Origin: an uncultured Poribacteria bacterium
GTDB lineage: Bacteria; Poribacteria; WGA-4E; WGA-3G
Direction of reading: 5' to 3'
Assembly (NCBI GenBank): GCA_958296135.2
Contig: CATQHZ020000001.1
Span: 1,856,001-1,920,000 of the forward strand
DNA: 64,000 nt
This document shows positions 21,551 to 30,500 of this stretch, in pieces. How positions within the stretch are numbered: the first letter of the stretch is position 1; the number at the start of each line of letters is the position of its first letter. Below the pieces are notes generated by a model, which did not search any database, was not told the DNA's origin, and was given only the letters and a program-made list of their open reading frames with translations. The position numbers and the translations under genes were made by a program.

Positions 21551-21763
21551 TCATACGGCGATGTCAACTACCTCAAACGCGTCTTCACCGCTGTGTTTTG
21601 CTTGCTGCGCGTCATACTCCAAAATGTCGAGAAGCGCGGATTGCAGGCTTTCCAGCAGTTCTTCCCGTGTCCGTTCTTGGCAATTCACGCCAGAAATTTC
21701 ACGGATCCATCCAATCCACCATTCGCCGGTGTATTGGATTTGCGCGGTATAGATTTGTGACAT
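21551..21763 (-). CDS. hicB: Short HicB-family antitoxin (copy 2)
   Basis: YTAQIQ...WWIGWIREISGVNCQERTREELLESL; 70 aa; no DNA-binding tail. Confidence 0.85.
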   Translation of the reverse strand: MSQIYTAQIQYTGEWWIGWIREISGVNCQERTREELLESLQSALLDILEYDAQQAKHSGEDAFEVVDIAV

Positions 21764-21793
21764 TTTCAGTCTCCCTCTCTGGTTTATGAATTC

Positions 21794-21822
21794 ATTATCG
21801 CGTACATGTGCGGTTTTGTCAA
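21794..21822 (-). promoter_or_regulatory. sigma70-type promoter for hicB2-mod-res
   Basis: TTGACA-N17-GATAAT; paralogous to 22901-22930. Confidence 0.65.
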
Positions 21823-21956
21823 ATTAAAATGATACGGACAGACTCGCATTGCAACGAGTGTGGATATATTTCATTCGTCTGCCCCTTAAGACTGATTAAT
21901 GCCAAACCAAACGTCTTGGCATACCTAGTTATCAGAAACGGCGAAGTCCGAACAGA

Positions 21957-22142
21957 TTATGGACGAGGAACCTCTAAATCTTTACAGATTTTTTTGGCAA
22001 GTCCATTATCAATCTCAGTATGCCTCGGGACCACGGTGCGAGTATTCAGGTCTGCATTAGCCCACACTGAGTGCCTACGTCCTTCCCGGACCTGATGGCA
22101 TCCCTGCTGTCTAAGGTGTTTGATCAATCGTTTCAATTTCAT
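21957..22142 (-). CDS. hicA: HicA-family toxin (copy 2)
   Basis: REGRRHSVW, TVVPRHTEI..GLAKKICKDL; RBS AAGGAGG. Confidence 0.9.
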   Translation of the reverse strand: MKLKRLIKHLRQQGCHQVREGRRHSVWANADLNTRTVVPRHTEIDNGLAKKICKDLEVPRP

Positions 22143-22168
22143 TGAAACTTAACCTCCTTGTCCTCGTT

Positions 22169-22408
22169 AGGAGTGCCTTGAGCGCATGCAGGTTATCGCC
22201 GTGAATGATGAGGTTCTCATCCAACGAGGGCTGGTTTACCCCCCCCCTTCAAAATTTACATTTTTTAAGGATTTGGCTGCATCTACTTCCAGCGTGCGAA
22301 ACGGCACGGTAAGGTGATGGGAATAGATAAATTGTTTGCCTCTGAAATCGAGTGTAGGCATCCGGTTTTCCTAGTTTCGTCCTCGCTGTTATCCGCAACA
22401 GCGAGGAC
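22169..22408 (-). pseudogene. Truncated duplicate of the mod 5' end (ATG 22361, G9 at 22239-22247), direct repeat copy B
   Basis: Near-identical to 21310-21540; homology stops after ...ALKALL. Confidence 0.9.
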
Positions 22409-22415
22409 GGTAGGG

Positions 22416-22601
22416 TTATGGACGTGGAATCTTCAAATCTTTACAGATTCTCTTGACAAGCCCCTCAGGAATCTCATTATGCCGAGGGACCGAGGTCTTG
22501 GTATTGAGACTTGAATTACCCCATCGCGAGTGCCGGCCGCCTTCCCGAATAAAATGGCAGCCGTGTTTTCTGAGGTGCTGAATCAATGCCCTTCGTCTCA
22601 T
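22416..22601 (-). CDS. hicA: HicA-family toxin (copy 1)
   Basis: REGGRHSRW, TSVPRHNEI..GLVKRICKDL; ATGA overlap with hicB1. Confidence 0.9.
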   Translation of the reverse strand: MRRRALIQHLRKHGCHFIREGGRHSRWGNSSLNTKTSVPRHNEIPEGLVKRICKDLKIPRP

Positions 22602-22810
22602 AGTTGGATAGTGATTTCCTGATACCCAGCTTCCGCGTCCCGGATAGCTTCTTCCCGATTGAATTCTATCGTTTCGCGAAGCGTGATTTCCAGGGTATTC
22701 AGCAATTCGTCACGGGTGCGTTCCTGGCAATTGACCCCGGGAATCTCTTGTATCCAACCGAGCCACCATCCGTCACTCTGTTGGATAACGGCTGTGTAAG
22801 TTTGGGACAT
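22598..22810 (-). CDS. hicB: Short HicB-family antitoxin (copy 1)
   Basis: MSQTYTAVIQQSDGWWLGWIQEIPGVNCQERTRDELL. Confidence 0.88.
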   Translation of the reverse strand: MSQTYTAVIQQSDGWWLGWIQEIPGVNCQERTRDELLNTLEITLRETIEFNREEAIRDAEAGYQEITIQL

Positions 22811-22900
22811 CTCTTGCTCCTTTTCGACATGCATGCGAGTTTGCAGATTCGCCCAATATCCTATTTACCGGTGTATTGGGTTTAAGGCGCGAGTAATGAT

Positions 22901-22930
22901 ATTATCGCATTAATTGCGCAATTTTGTCAA
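22901..22930 (-). promoter_or_regulatory. sigma70-type promoter for hicB1-hicA1
   Basis: TTGACA-N18-GATAAT immediately after the bioF stop. Confidence 0.6.
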
Positions 22931-22931
22931 A

Positions 22932-24101
22932 TTAAAACGCGCTAAGCGCAAACCCTTCAATCGCCTGTTGGATATCCTCATCTTCATGCGATGCCATCAC
23001 CGTAACGCGCAAGCGGCTCGTCCCCGATGGAACAGCCGGCGGCCGAATCGCCGGGGCAAATACACCCGCCGAAAGCAATATCTCTGCAACCTGCACCGCG
23101 CGCTGTGGAGCGCCAAGCACCACAGGCAAGATTTGCGTTTCACTCGGTAGGAGCTCAAACCCTAATTCCACTAATGCGGTTTTGAGGCGTTTCGCGTGGA
23201 AAAGCAGACGGTACCGCAACTCTGGCGAGGAACGCATCACATCTAACGCAGCCGTTGCCGCGGCTAACGTCGCCGGTGGGAGCCCTGTCGAGAAGATGAA
23301 GCCGCGCGCACGGTTGATGAGCAACTCAATTAAGGCGCGGCTACCCGCGATATACCCACCGAGCCCGCCGATTGCCTTACTGAGCGTGCCCATCTGGATA
23401 AGGTTTCCTTCGCCTTGCAACCCGAAATGTTCGACGGTGCCGCCGCCCTGTTCGCCTAAAACGCCAAATCCGTGAGCGTCATCTACCAATACCATTGCAT
23501 CATGTTGCGCGGCGACTTCGCAAATATCGGGTAGCGGCGCGATATCGCCGTCCATGCTGAAAACCCCATCTGTGATAATGAGCCGTCGCTGAAAGCCCGC
23601 GGATTCCGCCAACAACGTCTTGAGATGCGCGACATCGCGATGCCGATAGACTCGCTTCGTGGCACGGCTGAGCCGGCATCCATCTATGATACTGGCGTGG
23701 TTGAGTGCGTCGCTTAAGATGAGAGCGCGTTCGTCGGCAAGCACTGGGATGGCACCGGTATTGGCGGCGTAACCTGAACTAAAGACAAGTGCCGCCTCCG
23801 TGCCTTTCGCCGCTGCGAGGGCGGCTTCCAGCGTCGCGTAAAGTTCGCTGTTCCCAGAAATGAGGCGAGAGCCGCTCGCGCCCGTGCCGAACGCGCGTAT
23901 CGCCTCCACCGCAGCCTCAATCACTTTCGGGTGCGTGCTCAAACCGAGGTAGTTGTTGGAAGCGAGGTTGATGACTTCGCGCCCATCAAGGATAATTCTG
24001 CCAGTCGGCGCGCTCATCACGGTGCGAAGATGGCGCAGCAAACCTGCTTGTTTGAGTTCGGCGTATTCTGTTTCTAACCATTCGTCAGATAGATATGACA
24101 C
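22932..24101 (-). CDS. bioF: 8-amino-7-oxononanoate synthase
   Basis: SNNYLGL, GASGSRL, SDALNHASIIDG, DGVFSMDGD, VDDAHG, GTLSKA, IRPPAVP..SRLR. Confidence 0.92.
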   Translation of the reverse strand: MSYLSDEWLETEYAELKQAGLLRHLRTVMSAPTGRIILDGREVINLASNNYLGLSTHPKVIEAAVEAIRAFGTGASGSRLISGNSELYATLEAALAAAKGTEAALVFSSGYAANTGAIPVLADERALILSDALNHASIIDGCRLSRATKRVYRHRDVAHLKTLLAESAGFQRRLIITDGVFSMDGDIAPLPDICEVAAQHDAMVLVDDAHGFGVLGEQGGGTVEHFGLQGEGNLIQMGTLSKAIGGLGGYIAGSRALIELLINRARGFIFSTGLPPATLAAATAALDVMRSSPELRYRLLFHAKRLKTALVELGFELLPSETQILPVVLGAPQRAVQVAEILLSAGVFAPAIRPPAVPSGTSRLRVTVMASHEDEDIQQAIEGFALSAF

Positions 24102-24137
24102 GGTAGCTTTTCTCCAAGATTCATTAATTCTCCACCG

Positions 24138-24164
24138 GTAGGCGCGGTTTCAAACCGCGCCTAC
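24138..24164. repeat. REP-like perfect palindrome
   Basis: gtaggcgcggtttcaaaccgcgcctac; relatives at ~12374-12397 and ~46920-46945. Confidence 0.75.
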
Positions 24165-24269
24165 CGGGGTTGTGCTGCGTCCATCCTATTTATTTTTCTT
24201 TCAAAACTGATAAAAATATGATATAATTTTTTTCTAGCAATAAACAAGGAAAATTGGGAGAACGAAACG

Positions 24270-25109
24270 ATGACACCTGAACAACGCTATCTGTTTGACG
24301 TTACAGGCTACTTGCACATCGAAAACGCTGTTACTGGCACAGCGTTGAAGGAGACGCAGACGGCTGTTGACAGATATATCCATACACCGATTGACAAGAG
24401 ACCGGAGGGGTTCACCACGCGTCCGCGCGATTTGGAACCTGGCAAAGGCGGTAGATACGAACACGGCTTCGCCTTCGACCGGGCGTTGGAGGCAATGACG
24501 GTGCATCCCGCCATCTGGCCGCTCGTCAAAGAGTTCACTTTTGACAAACCGAGATTTGTCACCGGCACGCTCACGCTGGAACAGCACAACCCTGATAGAC
24601 AGCCGATGGGGACGAATCCGGCAGGGCTGCACTGCGCACGCGAAGGACGACACTGGACGACTCGGTATGAGATTAAAGATGGGCGCGTTTACTGCAACGA
24701 TTTCGTCGCCTTCTTTTACCTTACCGATGTCCACCCGGGCGATGGCGGCCTCATCGTAATTCCCGGTTCGCATAAAAGCCAGTTTGAACGGCCGGAGGAA
24801 CTTCTCACGCCTGGGCCCGATGGCATCGATCCGGAAGCCGATGATGTTTTCACCAACATCACGCCGAAGGCGGGGGATTTTGTCGTCATCTCCGAGCTCT
24901 TGACACACGGTGTCTTGCAGTGGAGACCGGAAGACAGGGACAGACGCTTCCTCATCTTGCGGTATCGGCCGCAATATGATGGCAAACCGAGTCTGCCCGA
25001 GGCGATCATTGAGCGGTTATCACCGGAGGTTCAGGAATTGGTGCAGACCGCGTCCTATCAACACACGAAGGAGATTGTGAAACAAGATGTCGTGAAGTTG
25101 ACAGGCTAA
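24270..25109 (+). CDS. PhyH-family dioxygenase with an H-x-A motif
   Basis: YLFDVTGYL, GLHCAR, YLTDV..GDGGLIVIPGSHK, KAGDFV..LTHG..W...RR. Confidence 0.88.
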   Translation: MTPEQRYLFDVTGYLHIENAVTGTALKETQTAVDRYIHTPIDKRPEGFTTRPRDLEPGKGGRYEHGFAFDRALEAMTVHPAIWPLVKEFTFDKPRFVTGTLTLEQHNPDRQPMGTNPAGLHCAREGRHWTTRYEIKDGRVYCNDFVAFFYLTDVHPGDGGLIVIPGSHKSQFERPEELLTPGPDGIDPEADDVFTNITPKAGDFVVISELLTHGVLQWRPEDRDRRFLILRYRPQYDGKPSLPEAIIERLSPEVQELVQTASYQHTKEIVKQDVVKLTG

Positions 25110-25192
25110 TACCGTTCTGACAGTTTCCGTAGCGCGAGGGAAAACCTGTCCCTCGCGAACGCTACGCATTTGAGCGAAATGGAGGCAATCCG

Positions 25193-26236
25193 ATGGCTAC
25201 CAGTGAATACCGCGTCTGTATCGTCGGCTGCGGCCGGATGGGCGGCACGATTGACGAAGAAGTCCGCGCCACGCCGCACGGTGCTCTGCCTTACTCGCAC
25301 GCCGCAGGCTACACCGCGTGCGAACGGACAACTATCGTCGCCGCTGCAGATGTCGTCCCAGAAAAAGCGAAATATGTCTGTGACAAGTGGGACATACCGA
25401 AGTTATACCTTGACTATCGCGAGATGATAACGCGAGAGAAACCGGATATCGTCAGCATCGCCACGCGCCCGGGGAACCACGCCGAGATTACGCACTTCGC
25501 CGCCAAACACGGCGTGAAAGGCATCTATTGCGACAAACCGCTCTGTGCTTCGATGGAGGAAGCAGATGTGATGGTAGAGATGTGCGAGAGATACAACATC
25601 AAGTTTAACCTCGGTACACAACGTCGTTTCACACCGGGCTACCTCAAAATGCGCGAGCTCCTTGAGAGTGGGCAGCTCGGTGAACGGCGCGCGATTATTG
25701 CCTACACCGGCGGTGCCGCGCTCTGGGGTTATACGCACGCCGCCGATATGCTCCTCTTCCTAGCAAGCGATTCGCCAATTGACTATGTGCAGGGCAACGT
25801 CGCTGTTGACGATGCAGATTTTGACGACAACCGCACCGAGGCAGACCCGGGCATTGTGATGGGATTTATCCAATTTCAGAACGGTATCCGCGGCATCAGC
25901 ATTCCCGGAACTGCTTATGAATTTGAGGTGAATTGCAGCGAAGGCACAGTGCGTTCACTCAACAACGGACTCGGATTCCAACTCCGTAAACGGCAGGGAC
26001 GATTCAGTGAAATTTTGGAGGCGCAATTCCCGCCTTTTGAACGGAAAAGCGGCACCGTCGGGTGCATCGAGGACATCGTTGAAGCAATCGAAACGGATAC
26101 CGAGACACAGGGCAACATCCATCTCGCGCGGCGCAGCACCGAGATGGTGTTCGCCATCGTTGACTCGCAGCGCCAAAACGGCGCGCGGGTGCAAATGCCC
26201 GTGGAAAATAGGGAACTCTACTTGGGAAGGTGGTGA
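25193..26236 (+). CDS. Gfo/Idh/MocA oxidoreductase
   Basis: IVGCGRMG, PDIVSIATRP..H, IYCDKPL. Confidence 0.9.
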   Translation: MATSEYRVCIVGCGRMGGTIDEEVRATPHGALPYSHAAGYTACERTTIVAAADVVPEKAKYVCDKWDIPKLYLDYREMITREKPDIVSIATRPGNHAEITHFAAKHGVKGIYCDKPLCASMEEADVMVEMCERYNIKFNLGTQRRFTPGYLKMRELLESGQLGERRAIIAYTGGAALWGYTHAADMLLFLASDSPIDYVQGNVAVDDADFDDNRTEADPGIVMGFIQFQNGIRGISIPGTAYEFEVNCSEGTVRSLNNGLGFQLRKRQGRFSEILEAQFPPFERKSGTVGCIEDIVEAIETDTETQGNIHLARRSTEMVFAIVDSQRQNGARVQMPVENRELYLGRW

Positions 26237-26241
26237 AACTG

Positions 26242-26979
26242 ATGCTCAGGAAACATCTTTTCACAGGCATCGCTAGCGTAGTTATCCTATGGAGTTACGC
26301 CGCAAGCGCGCCTTCTGAACGTCCCGCGAGCACACAGTATGAACATCGTGCCCCAAGCCGAGATGGCATTGGGAAATTCTATATGGGACGCGAAATCTCG
26401 CAGGTGATGGGGCACCTCGGCGCAGAATGGCTGGAACGCTCGGAGCGTGAACGCGAAGAGATGCCGAGCCGCCTCATTGAATTGCTCGCGCTCAAACCGG
26501 GCGATGTCGTCGCCGATATCGGTGTCGGCACCGGTTACATCGCCCGGCGCATCGCACCGAAAATTGGAGATGAAGGCATCGTCTATGGCGTTGACATTCA
26601 GCAGGAGATGTTGGACTTGCTCGCCGAACAGATGGCGGCAGCCGGCATTACGAACGTCAAAGGCGTGCTAGGCACTATCACGGATGCGAAGTTGCCGGAG
26701 AATTCAGTAGATCTGGCGATTATGGTAGATGTCTATCATGAGTTTTCGCATCCGTATGAGATGATGCAGAACATCTGTCGTGCCCTTAAAACGGGCGGCC
26801 GCGTCGTTTTCGTGGAATACCGCGCCGAGGACGAAACCGTGCCAATCAAACGTCTGCACAAGATGAGCGAGTTGCAGGTAATCAAGGAGGCAACGCCGCA
26901 TCCACTGGTGTGGGTGGAGACACACGATGAGTTGCCGTGGCAGCACGTCATCGTTTTTGAGAAAATTGAGGGGCAGTAG
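26242..26979 (+). CDS. Secreted class I SAM-dependent methyltransferase
   Basis: YMGREISQVMGH, VADIGVGTGY, VDVYHEF. Confidence 0.88.
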   Translation: MLRKHLFTGIASVVILWSYAASAPSERPASTQYEHRAPSRDGIGKFYMGREISQVMGHLGAEWLERSEREREEMPSRLIELLALKPGDVVADIGVGTGYIARRIAPKIGDEGIVYGVDIQQEMLDLLAEQMAAAGITNVKGVLGTITDAKLPENSVDLAIMVDVYHEFSHPYEMMQNICRALKTGGRVVFVEYRAEDETVPIKRLHKMSELQVIKEATPHPLVWVETHDELPWQHVIVFEKIEGQ

Positions 26980-26980
26980 T

Positions 26981-27448
26981 ATGCAAACGAACATCTACGC
27001 TTTACGTCCCGCAACCGAGGACGACTGCAATTTTCTCTATCAATTACATCGTGTCGCCATCAGAGAAACCGTCGAAGCAACATGGGGATGGGATGAGGCA
27101 TTTCAGCGGGAACATTTTCAGAACCGTTGGACTCCTGCCAATCGCCAAATTGTGGTTGTTGACAACACGGATGTTGGCGTGCTCGTCCTGAAAGAATCCG
27201 ACTCGGAGGTTTTCCTATCGCTTATCGAAATTCTCCCGGATTACCAAGGGTGGGGAATCGGGACAACTCTGCTTACCAATGTTATCGCATCGGCGCGACA
27301 ACGCGAACTACCGGTTACGCTGCACGTCCTCAAAGCCAATTTAAAGGCACAGCGTCTGTATGAACGCCTCGGGTTTGAAATTGCCCAAGAACGGGACGAA
27401 CGTTATGTCATGACAAAAACGTTTGACAAAAAATCGACATTTGCGTAA
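26981..27448 (+). CDS. GNAT N-acetyltransferase
   Basis: PDYQGWGIGT, N.KAQRLYERLGF. Confidence 0.9.
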   Translation: MQTNIYALRPATEDDCNFLYQLHRVAIRETVEATWGWDEAFQREHFQNRWTPANRQIVVVDNTDVGVLVLKESDSEVFLSLIEILPDYQGWGIGTTLLTNVIASARQRELPVTLHVLKANLKAQRLYERLGFEIAQERDERYVMTKTFDKKSTFA

Positions 27449-27516
27449 AATGCAGCATTACGCGTAAACGTTTTTGCCTCCCGATAGGCACAAAGAAAAA
27501 ATAGGAGATAGTTACC

Positions 27517-30500
27517 GTGAACATTGCTAAAAACACCGTTCCACTATTGCTCGCGCTCGTATACTGCCTCACTATCTTGCCGATAGTCTCCGCGGAGCCA
27601 GGTAGACAGCCCGTGCAAACAGAACTGAATTACAACCTTGACATTCGTCCGATCCTCGCTGATAACTGCTACGCTTGTCACGGGCCAGACGAAAAGGCCC
27701 GACAAGCCGAACTGCGGCTGGATACGAAAGCGGGCGCGTTCTCGGAACCGAGTGGGTACCCGATAATCGTTCCCGGGGAACCGGATGAGAGCGAGCTCTA
27801 CCGTCGTATCCTCTCCGAGGATGACAATTATCGCATGCCGCCAGCAGATTTCAACAAAATGCTCACGCCCGAGCAGGTAGCGGCACTCACACAATGGATA
27901 CGTGAAGGCGCGACGTGGGAGGAACACTGGGCATTCACTACACCGACGCGTCCAACCCCACCGACTGTCAAAAACGCAGACTGGGTGCGTAATCCGATTG
28001 ATGCGTTTATCCTCTCGCGGCTGGAAGCAAAGGGGTTAACGCCTGCGCAAGAAGCAGATAAACGGACGCTCATCCGGCGGCTCAGCTTCGATCTCACCGG
28101 CTTACCACCGACGCGCGAAGAGGTGCATCAATTTCTCGCAGACGATTCCCCCGATGCTTATGAAAAACTCATCGCGGCCTTCATGGCGAAGCCTGAATAC
28201 GGCGAACATATCGCCCGTTTCTGGCTAGATGCCGCTCGCTACGGCGATACGCACGGACTGCATTTGGACAACTATCGGGAAATGTGGCCCTACCGAGACT
28301 GGGTAATCAATGCCTTCAACGCTAATATGCCGTTCGACCAGTTTACCACTGAACAGCTGGCAGGGGATCTGCTGCCTGAACCGACGCTTGAACAGCGCAT
28401 CGCGACCGGCTTTAACCGATGTCACGTCACGACTAGCGAAGGTGGCTCCATTGACGATGAATACTACGTCCGATACGCCGTTGACCGGGCGAATACTACC
28501 GCCACCGTGTGGATGGGATTAACCGTCGGATGCGCGCAATGCCATGACCACAAATACGACCCGATTACACAAAAGGAGTTTTATCAGTTCTACGCCTATT
28601 TCAACAACATCACCGAGAAAGCGATGGATGGCAACCGCAAGGATTCGCCGCCTGTCGTGAAATTGCCAACACCGGAGCAAGCAGAACAACTCGCTGCGTT
28701 TGATGCGCAAATCGATGAACTGGATGCACAGACGAAGGCACCTATCTCGGAAGTCGATGCAACGCAAATCGCCTGGGAAAACAGAATGCCGCACTGGACG
28801 CTCCTGAAACCCATCGAAATGCACTCAAAAGGCGGCGCGACTTTGGAGATGCTGGAGGATAATTCCATCCTCGCCAGCGGCACCAATCCGGAGCAGGAAG
28901 TCTACGAAATCGTCGCGGAGCTGCCACCCGGCAAATGGAGTGCCGTTCGGTTGGAAGGCATCACGCACGAATCCTTGCCGAAAGGCGGCGTTGGCAGAAG
29001 CGACAATAGCAATGTCGTTCTCACCGATTTCTCCCTGGAACTCACCACGGCTGACGAAGAATCGTGGGCACCCATTCCAATAGTGCAGGCCTGGGCAGAC
29101 CTCGAGCAAGCCGGCGGGGACTTCGTCGTCGCTAACGCGATTGACGACAAGCCAGAGACCGGATGGGCACTTGACAGACGACGCGAAAATCGGCAGGCAA
29201 TCTTCCTCGTCGCGGCACCCTTTGAAAGGAAGGGCGGCAAGTTAAAGATTCGCCTCAAACATGAATATGACCTGAGGCATAAGCAGCTCGGTAGGTTCCG
29301 GCTTGCTATCACCGACGCGCCGACGATTTACCCGGTCGGCTCCAAAATCACGTTGGGGAATTGGCACTCCGTCGGGCCCTTCACCGCTGAGCACGGCAAC
29401 CTCGCCTTCTACCAAGTTTACGAACCGGAGACGAAACCTGTCAAAACAGGCGATAAATTCACCTTCGGCGACAAAACCTTGAAGTGGGAACAGCAGATGC
29501 ACTGGGTTGACGCGCAGGTGCATAACGACATCGGCGGTGAAAATAGTGCCACCTACCTCCACCGAAACATCGCCTCTGTTACGCAGCAGAAAGCGATCCT
29601 GCACATTGGTAGCAACGACGCACTGAAGATTTGGATGAACGACACGGAGATCTTCGCCAAAAACGTTATGCGTGATGCAGCGGCAGACCAGGAGCAGCTT
29701 CAAGTGCAACTCAAACCGGGTAACAACGCCTTGCTCCTCAAGGTTGTCAACTATTCCGGTCCCTCTGGTTTCTACTTCCGCATTGAAACCGATGCACCGA
29801 TGGTCCCAGCGAACTTTGTGGACATCGCGGGAATTGCCCGCGGCGAACGTGAGGCGGAACAGCAGGCACAGATTCGGGACTATTACCGGAAGAACGTCAC
29901 GCAGAATTCGGGGTTGAAGGCTCTGTTTGCTGAATTAGCGGATGTGCAAAAGGAGCGGAATACGCTGGATGCTTCGCTGACGACGACGCTTGTGATGCAG
30001 GAACGGACTGAACCGCGCGGTGCTTACGTTTTGGAGCGCGGTGAGTATGAACGCCGAGGCGAACAGGTATATCCGCAAACGCCAGCAGCGCTTCCCGCGA
30101 TAGCGGCTGACGCAGCCCCAAATCGTCTCGCGCTTGCACAGTGGCTGCTTTCACCCGAACACCCGCTCACGGCGCGGGTGACTATCAACAGGTTCTGGCA
30201 GAACGTCTTCGGCACAGGCATCGTGAAAACTGCTGAGGACTTTGGCACGCAAGGCATTCCCCCCGTGCATCCGGAGCTCCTAGACTGGCTCGCCACCGAA
30301 TTTGTCGCATCCGGATGGGATCTCCAAACGATGCTCAAGTTGATGCTCACCTCGTCCACTTATCGGCAGAGCGCGCAAGTAACGGCGAAGAAGCTGGAAT
30401 TGGACGCGGACAACCGCCTCCTTTCGCGGGGACCGAGGTATCGGTTTGATGCAGAAACCTTGCGCGATAACGCTCTTGCTGTCAGTGGTTTGTTGTACGC

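Noticed and set aside
21500-21560. Hammerhead ribozyme (minus strand ...gaggac-gaaac)
   Set aside because: There is no CUGAnGA core 5' of the stem in either copy.
21825-21875. 16-codon ORF MKYIHTRCNASLSVSF between hicA2 and hicB2 (minus strand)
   Set aside because: Too short and without supporting similarity; cannot be supported from sequence alone.
21551-22900. Integron cassette array of TA genes
   Set aside because: No integrase and no attC-type RYYYAAC...GTTRRRY sites were recognised; the repeats are mod-derived.
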